A stretch of 64,000 nt of DNA, from contig JAZSOO010000027.1 of the NCBI GenBank assembly GCA_045536935.1, positions 41,418 to 105,417 of the forward strand, read 5' to 3'. Numbering within the stretch: position 1 is the first letter of the stretch; each line of letters begins with the position of its first letter. The translations under genes were made by a program, and so were the position numbers. Under the pieces are notes generated by a model. That model saw only the letters and a list, made by a program, of their open reading frames with translations, ran no database searches and was not told the DNA's origin. The DNA comes from Eubacteriales bacterium (lineage in GTDB: Bacteria > Bacillota > Clostridia > Oscillospirales > CAG-382). This document shows, in pieces, positions 34,872-45,255 of the stretch.

Positions 34872-36044
34872 ATGGAATATATTTTTTCAAATAAAGTTAG
34901 GGATATGAAGCCCTCTGCAATAAGAGAAATTTTCAAATCGCTTTCCGATCCCAACGTTATTTCTTTTGCTGCAGGTAACCCCTCTCCGCTGTCTTTTCCT
35001 GTTGAAAAGATGCATACTGTTGCTGAAGAGATTTTTCAAAATGAAGCCTCGTTTGCTTTTCAGTACGGCATAACCGAAGGTTATCCCCGTTTGAGAGAAC
35101 AGATTGCTTTACGACTCAAAGAAAGATTCAATACAGGCTCCGATAATGACGATGTAATTATTACAACCGGCGGACAGCAGGGTATTGACCTTTGTGCTAA
35201 GGTTCTTTGCAATGAAGGGGACGTTGTTATTTGTGAAAACCCAAGCTTTATCGGTGCGCTTAATGCATTCCGTTCTTATAACACAAAGCTTGTCGGCATT
35301 GATCTTGAAAACGACGGTATGAATATTGAAGCGCTTGAGAATGCTCTTAAGGCAAACCCGAACGCAAAGATGATATACGTTATTCCCACGTTCCAAAACC
35401 CTGCAGGTATTACAACCTCTTTGGAAAAGAGAAAAGCAATTCTTGAATTAGCAAAGAAATACGACGTTATAATACTTGAAGATAACCCGTACGGCGAACT
35501 TCGCTTCTCAGGCGAAGACGTTCCTACGATAAAGAGTCTTGATACCGAAGGCAGAGTTGTTTATTGCTCGTCTTTCTCAAAGATTCTTTCCGCAGGTATG
35601 CGTATCGGTTTTGTGTGCGGTCCGAAAGAATTGGTACAGAAGATCGTTGTCGTAAAACAGGTCAACGACGTTCACACAAACCTTTTCTTCCAGATGGTTG
35701 CATCTAAATTTATCGATAAATACGGGCTTGACGATCATATTGATTTCATCAAAGACCTTTACCGTCAAAAATGCAATTTGATGCTTTCAGAGCTTGATAA
35801 GCATATTGCAGGTAAAGCAGAATATACACGTCCCGAAGGCGGTTTGTTCATTTGGCTTACCGTTAAGGGCGGTGACGGCGACGATATTGCTAAAAAGGCA
35901 ATAGCTAATAAGCTTGCGGTTGTTACAGGTTCAAGCTTTAATCCGATTCAGGGCGGCTATTCTCCTTCGGTCAGACTTAATTATTCAACTCCGTCCGATG
36001 AACAGATCGTTGAAGGCGTAAAACGTCTTGCGAGCGTATTATAA
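34872..36044 (+). CDS. PLP-dependent aminotransferase, class I/II
   Basis: 390 aa with FAAGNPSP, NPAG and the PLP-lysine motif SFSKILSAGMRIG. Confidence 0.85.
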   Translation: MEYIFSNKVRDMKPSAIREIFKSLSDPNVISFAAGNPSPLSFPVEKMHTVAEEIFQNEASFAFQYGITEGYPRLREQIALRLKERFNTGSDNDDVIITTGGQQGIDLCAKVLCNEGDVVICENPSFIGALNAFRSYNTKLVGIDLENDGMNIEALENALKANPNAKMIYVIPTFQNPAGITTSLEKRKAILELAKKYDVIILEDNPYGELRFSGEDVPTIKSLDTEGRVVYCSSFSKILSAGMRIGFVCGPKELVQKIVVVKQVNDVHTNLFFQMVASKFIDKYGLDDHIDFIKDLYRQKCNLMLSELDKHIAGKAEYTRPEGGLFIWLTVKGGDGDDIAKKAIANKLAVVTGSSFNPIQGGYSPSVRLNYSTPSDEQIVEGVKRLASVL

Positions 36045-36054
36045 GAGGTGTTTT

Positions 36055-37059
36055 ATGGAAAACCAAAATATTAAAAAGACGATTCTTTCGGGTGTACAGC
36101 CTTCGGGTACTTTAACTATCGGCAACTATCTCGGTGCACTTCGTAACTGGGCAACGTTGCAATATGACTATAACTGCTATTTTTGTGTTGCTGACCTGCA
36201 TGCTATAACTGTTCGTCAGGTTCCTGCAGATCTTCGCCAGAATTGCTTAAAAACGCTTGCACTCTATCTTGCGTCAGGTATTGATCCCGAAGCTAATGCA
36301 TTATTTCTTCAAAGCCACGTGCCTGCGCATGCAGAGCTTTCTTGGGTTCTTTCGTGCTATACAATGTTCGGCGAGCTTTCACGTATGACACAGTTTAAAG
36401 ATAAATCCGCAAAGCATTCCGATAATATCAATGCGGGTCTTTTCACATATCCCGTTCTTATGGCTGCGGATATTCTTCTTTATCAGCCCGATCTTGTGCC
36501 CGTTGGAAATGACCAAAAACAACATATCGAGCTTGCACGTGATATCGCAAACCGTTTTAACAACACATATTCGGAAACATTCAAGGTTCCCGAACCTTAT
36601 ATGCCTACCGCAGGCGCAAGAATAATGTCACTTTCCGATCCTACTTCGAAAATGAGCAAATCGGATTTCGGCGACGGAAGTATTTTCCTTCTTGATGATA
36701 AAGATACCGTTATACGCAAAATCAAACGTGCGGTAACCGATTCCGGCTCCGAAGTTAGGTTTGCAGAAGGAAAAGACGGCATTAATAACCTTATGTCTAT
36801 TTATTCTGCATTTACCGAAAAGAGCTTTGATGAAATCGAAAAGGAATTTGAAGGCAAGGGATACGGTGTATTCAAGCTTGCTGTTGCTGAGGTTGTCGCC
36901 GATGCACTTTCAAGCTTCCAAGAAAAATACAAGGTATTTATTTCCGATAAGGAACAGCTTAATAAGATTCTTATAGAGGGCGCTCAGAAGGCATCTTATA
37001 CCGCTGAAAAAACACTTAGAAAAGTTTATCGCAAGGTTGGTTTCTATTCCGTAAAATAA
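36055..37059 (+). CDS. trpS: tryptophan--tRNA ligase
   Basis: SGVQPSGTLTIGNYLG (HIGH-equivalent), KMSKSD. Start set at ATG 36055 behind an AGAGG RBS. Confidence 0.95.
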   Translation: MENQNIKKTILSGVQPSGTLTIGNYLGALRNWATLQYDYNCYFCVADLHAITVRQVPADLRQNCLKTLALYLASGIDPEANALFLQSHVPAHAELSWVLSCYTMFGELSRMTQFKDKSAKHSDNINAGLFTYPVLMAADILLYQPDLVPVGNDQKQHIELARDIANRFNNTYSETFKVPEPYMPTAGARIMSLSDPTSKMSKSDFGDGSIFLLDDKDTVIRKIKRAVTDSGSEVRFAEGKDGINNLMSIYSAFTEKSFDEIEKEFEGKGYGVFKLAVAEVVADALSSFQEKYKVFISDKEQLNKILIEGAQKASYTAEKTLRKVYRKVGFYSVK

Positions 37060-37099
37060 ATCAATCTATGTCCGAAAATAACGAAAAGGAAAATGATAC

Positions 37100-39082
37100 A
37101 TGGCTAAAAAAACAGTCGATTACGATAACCAGACAATTTCATCGCTAAAAGGCGCAGACAGAGTTCGTTTGCGTCCTGCTGTTATTTTCGGTTCTGACGG
37201 TATTGAAGGATGTCAACATTCCTTCTTTGAAATTCTTTCAAACTCTATCGACGAGTACCGTGAAGGCTACGGCAACCGTATTAACGTTACCGTTTATAAC
37301 GATAGAACTATGGAAGTTGAAGATTTCGGTCGTGGTGTTCCGCTTGATTGGAACGAAAAGGAACAAAAGTATAACTGGGAGCTTGTATATTGCGAGCTTT
37401 ATGCCGGCGGTAAATATAATAACGCCGAAGGCGGCGCATACGAATATTCTCTCGGTCTTAACGGACTCGGTGCTTGTGCTACTCAGTATGCATCGGAGTT
37501 TATGGACATTACTTCCTATCAACGCGGAACAAAATACAATATCAGCTTTAAAACAGGTGAGCCTGTAACCGAGCTTATAAAAGGGGAGTGTCCTAAGAAT
37601 AAGACGGGTACTGTTGTCCGTTGGAAGAGTGACAAGGCGGTATTTACCGAAACTGCTATTCCTCGTGAATATTTCAGCACAGTATTGAAAAAGCAGGCTG
37701 TTGTCAATGCGGGTCTGACCTTGACCTTGAAATGGCAAAAAGCAGATAATTCCTTTGAAACAGAGGAATATTGCTATAATAACGGCATTACCGACTATAT
37801 CAGAGAGATTGTCGGTGAGAATACTCTTTCTCCAATTGCCGATTATTCCGCTGAACGTGTCGGACGTGACAGCCCGGACAGAAGTGAATATAAAGTAAAA
37901 ATGCAATTTGCCTGCTGTTTTACAAATGAAGTTAATTTGATTGAGTATTATCACAATTCTTCATATCTTGAACACGGCGGTTCTCCCGATAAAGCTGCAA
38001 GAAGTGCTTTTGTATGGGCAATCGACCAATATGCAAAAAATAACGGCAAATATAATAAGAACGAAAGCAAGATTTTGTTTTCTGACGTTGAAGATTCGTT
38101 GGTTCTTGTAGTCAACTCTTTTTCAACTCAAACGTCGTACGCAAACCAAACTAAAAAAGCTATAAATAACGTTTTTATCGCAGAAGCGATGACGGAATTT
38201 TTCAAGCATTCTCTTGAAGTTTTCTTTGCGGAAAATCCTCAGGCTGCAGATAAAATCGTAACGCAGATACTTGTAAACAAGCGTGCAAGAGAATCCGCAG
38301 AGCATATGCGTGTTTCTTCGAAAAAGAAGCTAACTGCTACGCTCGATATAACAAATACTGTTGAGAAATTTGTCGGCTGTCGCCTTAGAGATCCCGACAG
38401 ATGCGAGCTTTACATCGTTGAAGGTGATTCGGCTCTTACAAGCTGTAAATTGGCAAGAGACTCTGAATTTCAGGCGATAATACCCGTACGTGGAAAAACA
38501 CTTAACTGTCTTAAGGCATCGTTTGACAGGATCATGAAAAGTGATATAATCCTTGATTTGATTAAGGTTATCGGTTGCGGTGTTGAAGCAAAACAGCTTC
38601 GTGTTAAGGGTGTTTCGGCATTTGACCTTTCGGCTTTGCGTTGGGACAAGATTATAATTTGTACCGATGCCGACGAAGACGGTTATCAGATTAGAACGTT
38701 GATCCTAACAATGTTTTACAGACTTCTTCCGACTTTGATCAAAGAAGGCCGTATTTATATTGCAGAAACTCCTCTTTATGAAATTACGTGCGGTAACGAT
38801 ACTCATTTTGCATACAGCGAAGCTGAAAAGGCAGAAATACTTGAAAAAATCGGCGACAAAAAGTTTACAATCCAACGTTCCAAGGGTTTGGGTGAAAACG
38901 ATGCCGATATGATGAGCCTGACAACAATGAACCCCGCTACAAGAAGGCTTATCAGGATTTCTCCCGAAGATGAAGAAAAGACGTACCAGATGTTTGACGT
39001 TCTTTTGGGTGATAATATTCTCGGAAGAAAAGACTTTATCGCTAAAAACGGCGCAAAATATCTTAATTTGGCAGATTATTAA
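37100..39082 (+). CDS. parE: type IIA topoisomerase ATPase subunit (topoisomerase IV ParE-like)
   Basis: 660 aa with a GHKL ATPase (EILSNSIDE, GLNGLG), Toprim EGDSA and PVRGK. Called ParE rather than GyrB only because of its partner (see parC). Confidence 0.7.
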   Translation: MAKKTVDYDNQTISSLKGADRVRLRPAVIFGSDGIEGCQHSFFEILSNSIDEYREGYGNRINVTVYNDRTMEVEDFGRGVPLDWNEKEQKYNWELVYCELYAGGKYNNAEGGAYEYSLGLNGLGACATQYASEFMDITSYQRGTKYNISFKTGEPVTELIKGECPKNKTGTVVRWKSDKAVFTETAIPREYFSTVLKKQAVVNAGLTLTLKWQKADNSFETEEYCYNNGITDYIREIVGENTLSPIADYSAERVGRDSPDRSEYKVKMQFACCFTNEVNLIEYYHNSSYLEHGGSPDKAARSAFVWAIDQYAKNNGKYNKNESKILFSDVEDSLVLVVNSFSTQTSYANQTKKAINNVFIAEAMTEFFKHSLEVFFAENPQAADKIVTQILVNKRARESAEHMRVSSKKKLTATLDITNTVEKFVGCRLRDPDRCELYIVEGDSALTSCKLARDSEFQAIIPVRGKTLNCLKASFDRIMKSDIILDLIKVIGCGVEAKQLRVKGVSAFDLSALRWDKIIICTDADEDGYQIRTLILTMFYRLLPTLIKEGRIYIAETPLYEITCGNDTHFAYSEAEKAEILEKIGDKKFTIQRSKGLGENDADMMSLTTMNPATRRLIRISPEDEEKTYQMFDVLLGDNILGRKDFIAKNGAKYLNLADY

Positions 39083-39093
39083 TGAGGTAAGGA

Positions 39094-41322
39094 ATGGCAA
39101 GAAAAAAGTCAAAAGTAATTGAACCGCAAATTATATCCGAGCCTATTGACGTTAATATAACAAACGTGCTTGAAACCAACTATATGCCCTATGCGATGAG
39201 CGTTATAGTTTCGAGAGCAATTCCCGAAATTGACGGCTTTAAGCCTGCACACAGAAAGCTCCTTTATACGATGTATAAAATGGGACTTTTGAACGGTCAA
39301 AAGCAAAAGAGTGCCAAGGTTGTCGGTCAAACGATGGTTTTGAACCCTCACGGCGATGCCGCTATCTATGAAACTCTAGTTCGTCTTACAACGGGCAAGG
39401 AATGCTTGTTGCACCCTTTTATAGAGTCAAAGGGAAGCTTTGGTAAGCAGTATTCCGATATGGCGTATGCTGCTTCACGTTATACCGAATGTAAATTGGC
39501 AAAATTCAGCGAGGAAATCTTTGACGGTATCGACAGAGATGCTGTTGATTTTGTTGATAACTATGACAGTACTACCACGGAGCCGGTTGTTTTACCGACG
39601 AGCTTTCCGAATATACTCGTTTCGCCGAATTCGGGTATTGCTGTCGGTATGGCAAGCGACATTTGTTCCTTTAACCTTCGTGAAGTTTGCGAGGTTACAG
39701 CTGCATACCTTCGTAACGAAAACATAACTACCGATGAGATCTTAGATATATTAAAAGCACCCGATTTTTCAACCGGCGGTTTGCTTATTTACGATAAGAA
39801 AAAGCTTTCCGAAATATACGAAACGGGAAGAGGTTCTGTTAAGGTCAGAGCAAAATACGTTTACGATAAAAGCGAAAACCGTATTGAAGTTTTACAGATA
39901 CCTTATACAACAACTCTTGAAAAGATACGTGAGAGCATGATCCAGCTTGCCAAAGAAGGCAAGATCAAAGACGTTTCCGACGTTCGTGATGAAATCGATA
40001 TAAACGGCTTTAAAATGGCTATAGATCTCAAGCGTGGCGCAGATCCTGAAAAGCTAATGCGTAAGCTTTTCAAGATGACAAAGCTTGAGGATGACTTCAA
40101 GTGTAATTTCAATATCCTCGTCGGCGGTGTTCCTCAGACTATGGGTATTAAGCAGATACTTGAGGAATGGTGTGCTTTCAGAATTGAATGTTTGCGCAGA
40201 ACGTATATTTTCGACCTTGGAAAGAAGAACGAGAAACTGCATCTTCTTTACGGTTTGAGGTCAATTCTTCTTGATATTGATAAAGCAATCGCAATAATCA
40301 GAGGTACGGAAAACGAAAAAGACGTTGTTCCTAATTTGATGAACGGTTTTTCGATTGATGAGATTCAAGCGGAATATGTCGCTGATATAAAGCTTCGTAA
40401 TCTTAACAAGCAATATATTCTTAAACGTATTGACGAAATCGGTCAGCTTGAAAAGGATATTGAAGAGCTCAAACTTTTGATTTCGAGTGAAAGAAGAATA
40501 AAAACCCGTATTATAAAGCAATTAAACGAAATAGCTAATAAATACGGTGTTCCAAGAAAAACCTATATAATCGACAGCTCGGAAATTAACGATGAGGATA
40601 CCGAAGAACCGATTCCCGATTATCCCTGCGAAGCTTTTCTTAGTGTTGAAGGCTATTTCAAGAAGTGTACACTTGCCTCGTTAAGAGGTAATGACGTACA
40701 GAAATTTAAAGAAAACGACTCTTTAAAAACGAAATTTGTCACAAAGAATAATGAAGAAGTTCTTTTCTTTACGTCCGATGCGCAGGTTTATAAATCCCGT
40801 CTTGATGACTTTGAAGATACAAAAGCAAGTGCGCTTGGCGAATATGTTCCCGGAAAGCTAAAATTCAACGATAACGAAAAGGTCGTTTCTGCGATCTGTT
40901 TAGGAGAATATAGCGGAAGAGTTGTACTTTTCTTTGAAAACGGTAAGGCTGTTTCTCTGCCTATTGACGTTTATGCAACAAAAACCAACCGTAAGAAATT
41001 AACAAACGCTTTCTTTGCGGGAAGTCCCCTTGTTGGTGCATTTATGGTTTCCGAAAAAGCGGAATATCTCGTTCGTTCCGATGACGGAAGAGCTTTGTTG
41101 ATCAAAAATAATCAGGTTATCGAAAAAACGACACGTACTTCTTCGGGAAGCACGCTCTTTACCTTGAAAAAGGGTAAGAAGATTGTTTCTGTGGACGTAT
41201 ATGACCGTGAAAAACAACCTTTATTGAAAGAATCTCGTTATCGCAAGAGCAAATTGCCTGCTTCCGGTGTTATTTTTGAGGATATTGATCCCGAAATAAC
41301 CCAGCAAACTCTTCTTGATTGA
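39094..41322 (+). CDS. parC: type IIA topoisomerase DNA-cleavage subunit (topoisomerase IV ParC-like)
   Basis: 742 aa with DGFKPAHRKLLY and the active-site region AASRYTECKL. Shorter than typical GyrA, and I saw no GyrA-box (QRRGGKG-like) in the C-terminal domain. Confidence 0.7.
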   Translation: MARKKSKVIEPQIISEPIDVNITNVLETNYMPYAMSVIVSRAIPEIDGFKPAHRKLLYTMYKMGLLNGQKQKSAKVVGQTMVLNPHGDAAIYETLVRLTTGKECLLHPFIESKGSFGKQYSDMAYAASRYTECKLAKFSEEIFDGIDRDAVDFVDNYDSTTTEPVVLPTSFPNILVSPNSGIAVGMASDICSFNLREVCEVTAAYLRNENITTDEILDILKAPDFSTGGLLIYDKKKLSEIYETGRGSVKVRAKYVYDKSENRIEVLQIPYTTTLEKIRESMIQLAKEGKIKDVSDVRDEIDINGFKMAIDLKRGADPEKLMRKLFKMTKLEDDFKCNFNILVGGVPQTMGIKQILEEWCAFRIECLRRTYIFDLGKKNEKLHLLYGLRSILLDIDKAIAIIRGTENEKDVVPNLMNGFSIDEIQAEYVADIKLRNLNKQYILKRIDEIGQLEKDIEELKLLISSERRIKTRIIKQLNEIANKYGVPRKTYIIDSSEINDEDTEEPIPDYPCEAFLSVEGYFKKCTLASLRGNDVQKFKENDSLKTKFVTKNNEEVLFFTSDAQVYKSRLDDFEDTKASALGEYVPGKLKFNDNEKVVSAICLGEYSGRVVLFFENGKAVSLPIDVYATKTNRKKLTNAFFAGSPLVGAFMVSEKAEYLVRSDDGRALLIKNNQVIEKTTRTSSGSTLFTLKKGKKIVSVDVYDREKQPLLKESRYRKSKLPASGVIFEDIDPEITQQTLLD

Positions 41323-41371
41323 CAAGGTTTATAAATAATGGTATAATTAATCAGTTTGGAGGCGATAAACA

Positions 41372-43414
41372 ATGAAGACGATCAAACGATTTTTTCGAAG
41401 ATATTTATTTGAATTGACGGGCATTGCAATTTTCTTGGCCGTTTCTTTCCTTTTGATGTCTTTCAATCGCACGGCGGGTATAATCTCTCTATCTGGTTTA
41501 TTGTTATATACGGTATTTGTTTTCGTGCTATTTAACAGAACAAACAGCCGTATAATTCGTGACCGTGACGGTAGCGGTTTTTATAAGATGATCTCCGGTC
41601 TAATGGAAAAAATCGATTCTCCCGTTATGGTTGTTAATGAACTTAATAAAATCGTTTGGTGTAACGATGAATTTTGTTCTTTGGAAGAGGTTGGTGAAAA
41701 ACACATTTCTGTCGGTGCAGCAAAGCTTTTCGGCGGAAGTGTTTCCTATTCCAATCTTTCTGCCGCTTATGAAGAATATGCAGATTTTGTCCCTGTAACA
41801 ACAGGCGAATCGTTCTATGAATTGCGTGTATTTCCGCTTGAATACGGTAAGCAGAAGCTTTTTGCTACCGTTTGGTACAGTAAAGACAAGGAAGTTAGCT
41901 TAAAACAACAGCTTGACGATACAGCACTTCGTGTTGCGTATATAGTTATTGATAATACGAATGAAGTTACGCAAGAGGTTCAGGAAAACCGTCGTTTCGG
42001 TTCTGCTACGGTCAACAAGCTTCTTTCGGAATGGGCTGCTGAATTTGATGCGATCCTTACCGAATACGATCGTGACAAATATGTTATGCAGTTTGAAAAC
42101 CGCCATTTGAAGGTTATGACCGATGCTAAATTTGATATTCTTGATAGGGTAGTTGAGGCTTCTTTGGATGAATCGCCGATCCCGATAACTATTTCTATCG
42201 GTGTTTCAAGCGGTGATGGCACACTTATCGAAAAACGTGAATCCGCACAGAATGCTTTGCGTTCTGCTTTACAACGTGGTGGCTCGCTTGCGGTCGTGCG
42301 TACACCCGACGGTGACATAAGCTACGGTGGACGTACAAAGGCTGTTCAACGTCAAACGAAGATCCGTTCAAGACTTTGTCGTGATTTGCTTGCAGATCAG
42401 CTTCCGAAATGTTCAAACGTTATCATAATGGGGCATTTGCGCCCCGACTTTGACTCTATTGCATCTAATATCGGTATTGCAAAATTGGTGCAGACTTATG
42501 ATAAGGATTATTGTATCGTCGCAGATAAAAACGATAGGAATATTTCCAAGGTTATTGAATCGATAATTGATTTTCCCGAATATGAAAGTGTTTTTGTAGA
42601 TGCAGAATATGCTCAGGAAATGCTTACTCCCGACACACTTGTTATCATTACCGATGCATCAAACCCCGAAATATTCTCTGCACGTGACGTGTATGAAAAT
42701 GCAAGCAAGGTTATCGTTATCGACCACCATGCAATAAAAGAAACTTTGGGCGAACAGGTTCTACAGCCTTCCAATATTGACCCGACAGCTTCCAGTGCAT
42801 CTGAACTTGTTTGTGAAATTCTCGAACTTTCGCTTAACCCGAGTGCATTGCGCCCCGAAGAGGCACAGATTCTTCTTGCTGGTATTTTGTTGGATACGCA
42901 ATTCTTCTCACGTGATACCGGTACGAGAACTTATTCTGCGTGTATTTTCCTTAAAAATGCAGGCGCAGAAGCTGTTAAGGCGAAAAATCTTTTCAAATCT
43001 GATATGAAACAGTTCCGTTCGGTTAGTTCGATTGAACATAGAATGACTGTGTATAAAGATAAATACGCTATTTCGTATTTCGATGAAGGCGTAAGCTCTG
43101 AAAATAAGGTTATTGCATCAAAAGCAGCAGACCGTCTTGTTGATATTGACGGCATATCCGCATCCTTTGTCTTGTATTCTCTTGACAACGGAATTAATCT
43201 TTCTGCAAGAAGCGATGGAACCGTTAACGTTATCAATATCGCCAAGCTGCTTGGCGGCGGCGGACATTTTCAGTCTGCAGGTGCATTGATAAGACGTTTT
43301 GACGGCAGAGATTTCGGCGGTGCTGTGTTTGATATGGACGAAGCTGAAGCAATATTAAAAGAAGCCATTGATGAATACATTGGCGACATTGTGAAAGAAG
43401 GTAAAACAGTATGA
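41372..43414 (+). CDS. gdpP: GdpP-like DHH/DHHA1 phosphodiesterase (cyclic-di-AMP phosphodiesterase family)
   Basis: 680 aa. Two N-terminal TM helices, a PAS/degenerate GGDEF-like middle, DHH motifs GHLRPDFDSIAS and VIVIDHH, DHHA1 GGGGH. Classical position upstream of rplI-dnaB. Confidence 0.8.
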   Translation: MKTIKRFFRRYLFELTGIAIFLAVSFLLMSFNRTAGIISLSGLLLYTVFVFVLFNRTNSRIIRDRDGSGFYKMISGLMEKIDSPVMVVNELNKIVWCNDEFCSLEEVGEKHISVGAAKLFGGSVSYSNLSAAYEEYADFVPVTTGESFYELRVFPLEYGKQKLFATVWYSKDKEVSLKQQLDDTALRVAYIVIDNTNEVTQEVQENRRFGSATVNKLLSEWAAEFDAILTEYDRDKYVMQFENRHLKVMTDAKFDILDRVVEASLDESPIPITISIGVSSGDGTLIEKRESAQNALRSALQRGGSLAVVRTPDGDISYGGRTKAVQRQTKIRSRLCRDLLADQLPKCSNVIIMGHLRPDFDSIASNIGIAKLVQTYDKDYCIVADKNDRNISKVIESIIDFPEYESVFVDAEYAQEMLTPDTLVIITDASNPEIFSARDVYENASKVIVIDHHAIKETLGEQVLQPSNIDPTASSASELVCEILELSLNPSALRPEEAQILLAGILLDTQFFSRDTGTRTYSACIFLKNAGAEAVKAKNLFKSDMKQFRSVSSIEHRMTVYKDKYAISYFDEGVSSENKVIASKAADRLVDIDGISASFVLYSLDNGINLSARSDGTVNVINIAKLLGGGGHFQSAGALIRRFDGRDFGGAVFDMDEAEAILKEAIDEYIGDIVKEGKTV

Positions 43415-43854
43415 AAGTAATTCTACTTGCAGACGTTAAAGGTCAGGGTAAAAAAGGTGAACTTATAAATACTTCCGATGGATATGCGAGAAATTTTCTT
43501 CTTCCTCGCAAACTTGCTAAAATAGCGGATTCGGGTTCCATTAAAGAAATCGAAACGAAGAAGGAAAGCGCAGCATTTCATCTTGCGGAAGAAAAGAAAA
43601 AAGCAAACGAAACAAAGGATTTTCTTTCCGATAAACAGCTTGTTTTCCAAACTACCGGCGGCGCAGACGGAAGATTGTACAGCGCTGTTACCAACAAGGA
43701 TATAAGCGAAAAAATCGAAACCGAATTTGGTATAAAGATAGATAAGAGAAACATTACAATTTCCGAAACAATCAAAACTGTCGGTGAATACGTTGTTAAA
43801 ATTAAACTTTTCCAAGGTATCACCGCTGATCTCAAACTTATTGTTAAAGCATAA
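43411..43854 (+). CDS. rplI: 50S ribosomal protein L9
   Basis: MKVILLADVKGQGKKGELINTSDGYARNFLLPRKLA is canonical L9. Confidence 0.95.
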   Translation: MKVILLADVKGQGKKGELINTSDGYARNFLLPRKLAKIADSGSIKEIETKKESAAFHLAEEKKKANETKDFLSDKQLVFQTTGGADGRLYSAVTNKDISEKIETEFGIKIDKRNITISETIKTVGEYVVKIKLFQGITADLKLIVKA

Positions 43855-43887
43855 TTAATCCCAAATATAAAGAACAGGGGAATCGAA

Positions 43888-45255
43888 ATGGCAGAACTGG
43901 ATATTAAAAAAATGCCGTTTTCGCTTGAAGCGGAACAGGCAATACTCGGAACAGTAATCGTAGATTCCGAAAAGTTTGCCGAAATTGCCACATTAAAGGC
44001 GGAAGATTTTTATCTTCAACAGCACAAAGAAATATTTTCCGCAATGCGTGATATGTTTTCAAAGAACAGAGTTATCGACCCGGTAACTCTTATTGACACG
44101 CTCACACATTTGGGTACATACACCGAAGGTGATGCTGCAAAATATATCAAGCTGCTTGTCGATCTTGCCTCTGATGCTACTAATATCGAAGAATATACGC
44201 AAATCATACGTGATAAAGCTATGTTGCGTTCGCTTATTGATGCTTCTCGTGATATTTCCGACCTCGCTTATAGCGAAAAAGGTGAAGTCAGCGATGCAAT
44301 CAATTATGCCGAACACCGAATATACTCGATTTCTCAGGCCAAATATAAGGATGGCTTTGATAAAATTTCTGACGTTATTGCAGGATATTCTCAAACGTTG
44401 ACCATGCTTAAAAACGATCCCGATATGCTTTCGGGTACTAAGACACGTTTTGATAAGCTTGACAGACTCCTTGTAGGTATGGGAAAAGGTGACCTTATCG
44501 TTGTCGGCGGTCGTCCCGGTATGGGTAAAACAAGCTTTTGTATGAACGTTGCCACTAACGTTGCAAAATCTACTGACAAAAACATTGCCGTTTTCTCTCT
44601 TGAAATGTCGTCTGAACAGCTTGTTTCGAGAATGATAAGCAGCGAAGCTCTTATCGACAGCTCGAGCATGAGAACGGGTAAGCTTTCGGATAAGGATTGG
44701 GAAAAGTTTGCCGAAGCGGGAAGTATTCTTGCAAAAACCAACATTTATATCGACCCTAATCCTAATATAACCCCTACTGAAATGAAGTCAAAATTACGCA
44801 GACTCGGTAATCTTGGGCTTGTTGTTATCGACTATCTTCAGCTTATGCATCCCGACGTTACAACCAATAATCCCGTTCAGGATATAGCAAGCATAACACG
44901 TTCTATCAAGCTTATGGCAAAAGAATTTGAAATTCCGATAATTCTTTGCTCTCAGCTTTCACGTGCAACCGATAAGCGTGGCCAGAAGGAACGCCAACCT
45001 ATGCTTTCCGACCTTCGTGATTCCGGTGCAATCGAGCAGGACGCAGATATAGTTTTGTTTATCTACCGGAGTGACTATTACGAAAGCAAAGACGGAGAAG
45101 CACCGCAACCGCAGGACACAAATTCAGACTTTATCGTTGCTGAATGCAACGTTGCAAAGAACCGTCACGGCGGTACAGGTACCGTTCAATTAAACTGGAT
45201 AGGTAAATTCTTCAAATTTACAGGAATTGATAATTCTGAAAATGAACCGATTTAG
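43888..45255 (+). CDS. dnaB: replicative DNA helicase
   Basis: 455 aa with PFSLEAEQAILG, Walker A GGRPGMGKTSF, and DYLQLM. Confidence 0.96.
   Translation: MAELDIKKMPFSLEAEQAILGTVIVDSEKFAEIATLKAEDFYLQQHKEIFSAMRDMFSKNRVIDPVTLIDTLTHLGTYTEGDAAKYIKLLVDLASDATNIEEYTQIIRDKAMLRSLIDASRDISDLAYSEKGEVSDAINYAEHRIYSISQAKYKDGFDKISDVIAGYSQTLTMLKNDPDMLSGTKTRFDKLDRLLVGMGKGDLIVVGGRPGMGKTSFCMNVATNVAKSTDKNIAVFSLEMSSEQLVSRMISSEALIDSSSMRTGKLSDKDWEKFAEAGSILAKTNIYIDPNPNITPTEMKSKLRRLGNLGLVVIDYLQLMHPDVTTNNPVQDIASITRSIKLMAKEFEIPIILCSQLSRATDKRGQKERQPMLSDLRDSGAIEQDADIVLFIYRSDYYESKDGEAPQPQDTNSDFIVAECNVAKNRHGGTGTVQLNWIGKFFKFTGIDNSENEPI

Noticed and set aside
36028-36054. T-box leader upstream of trpS (and of cysS)
   Set aside because: trpS starts ~10 nt after the aminotransferase stop and cysS starts 9 nt after pgsA. 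There is no room for a ~200-nt T-box leader.
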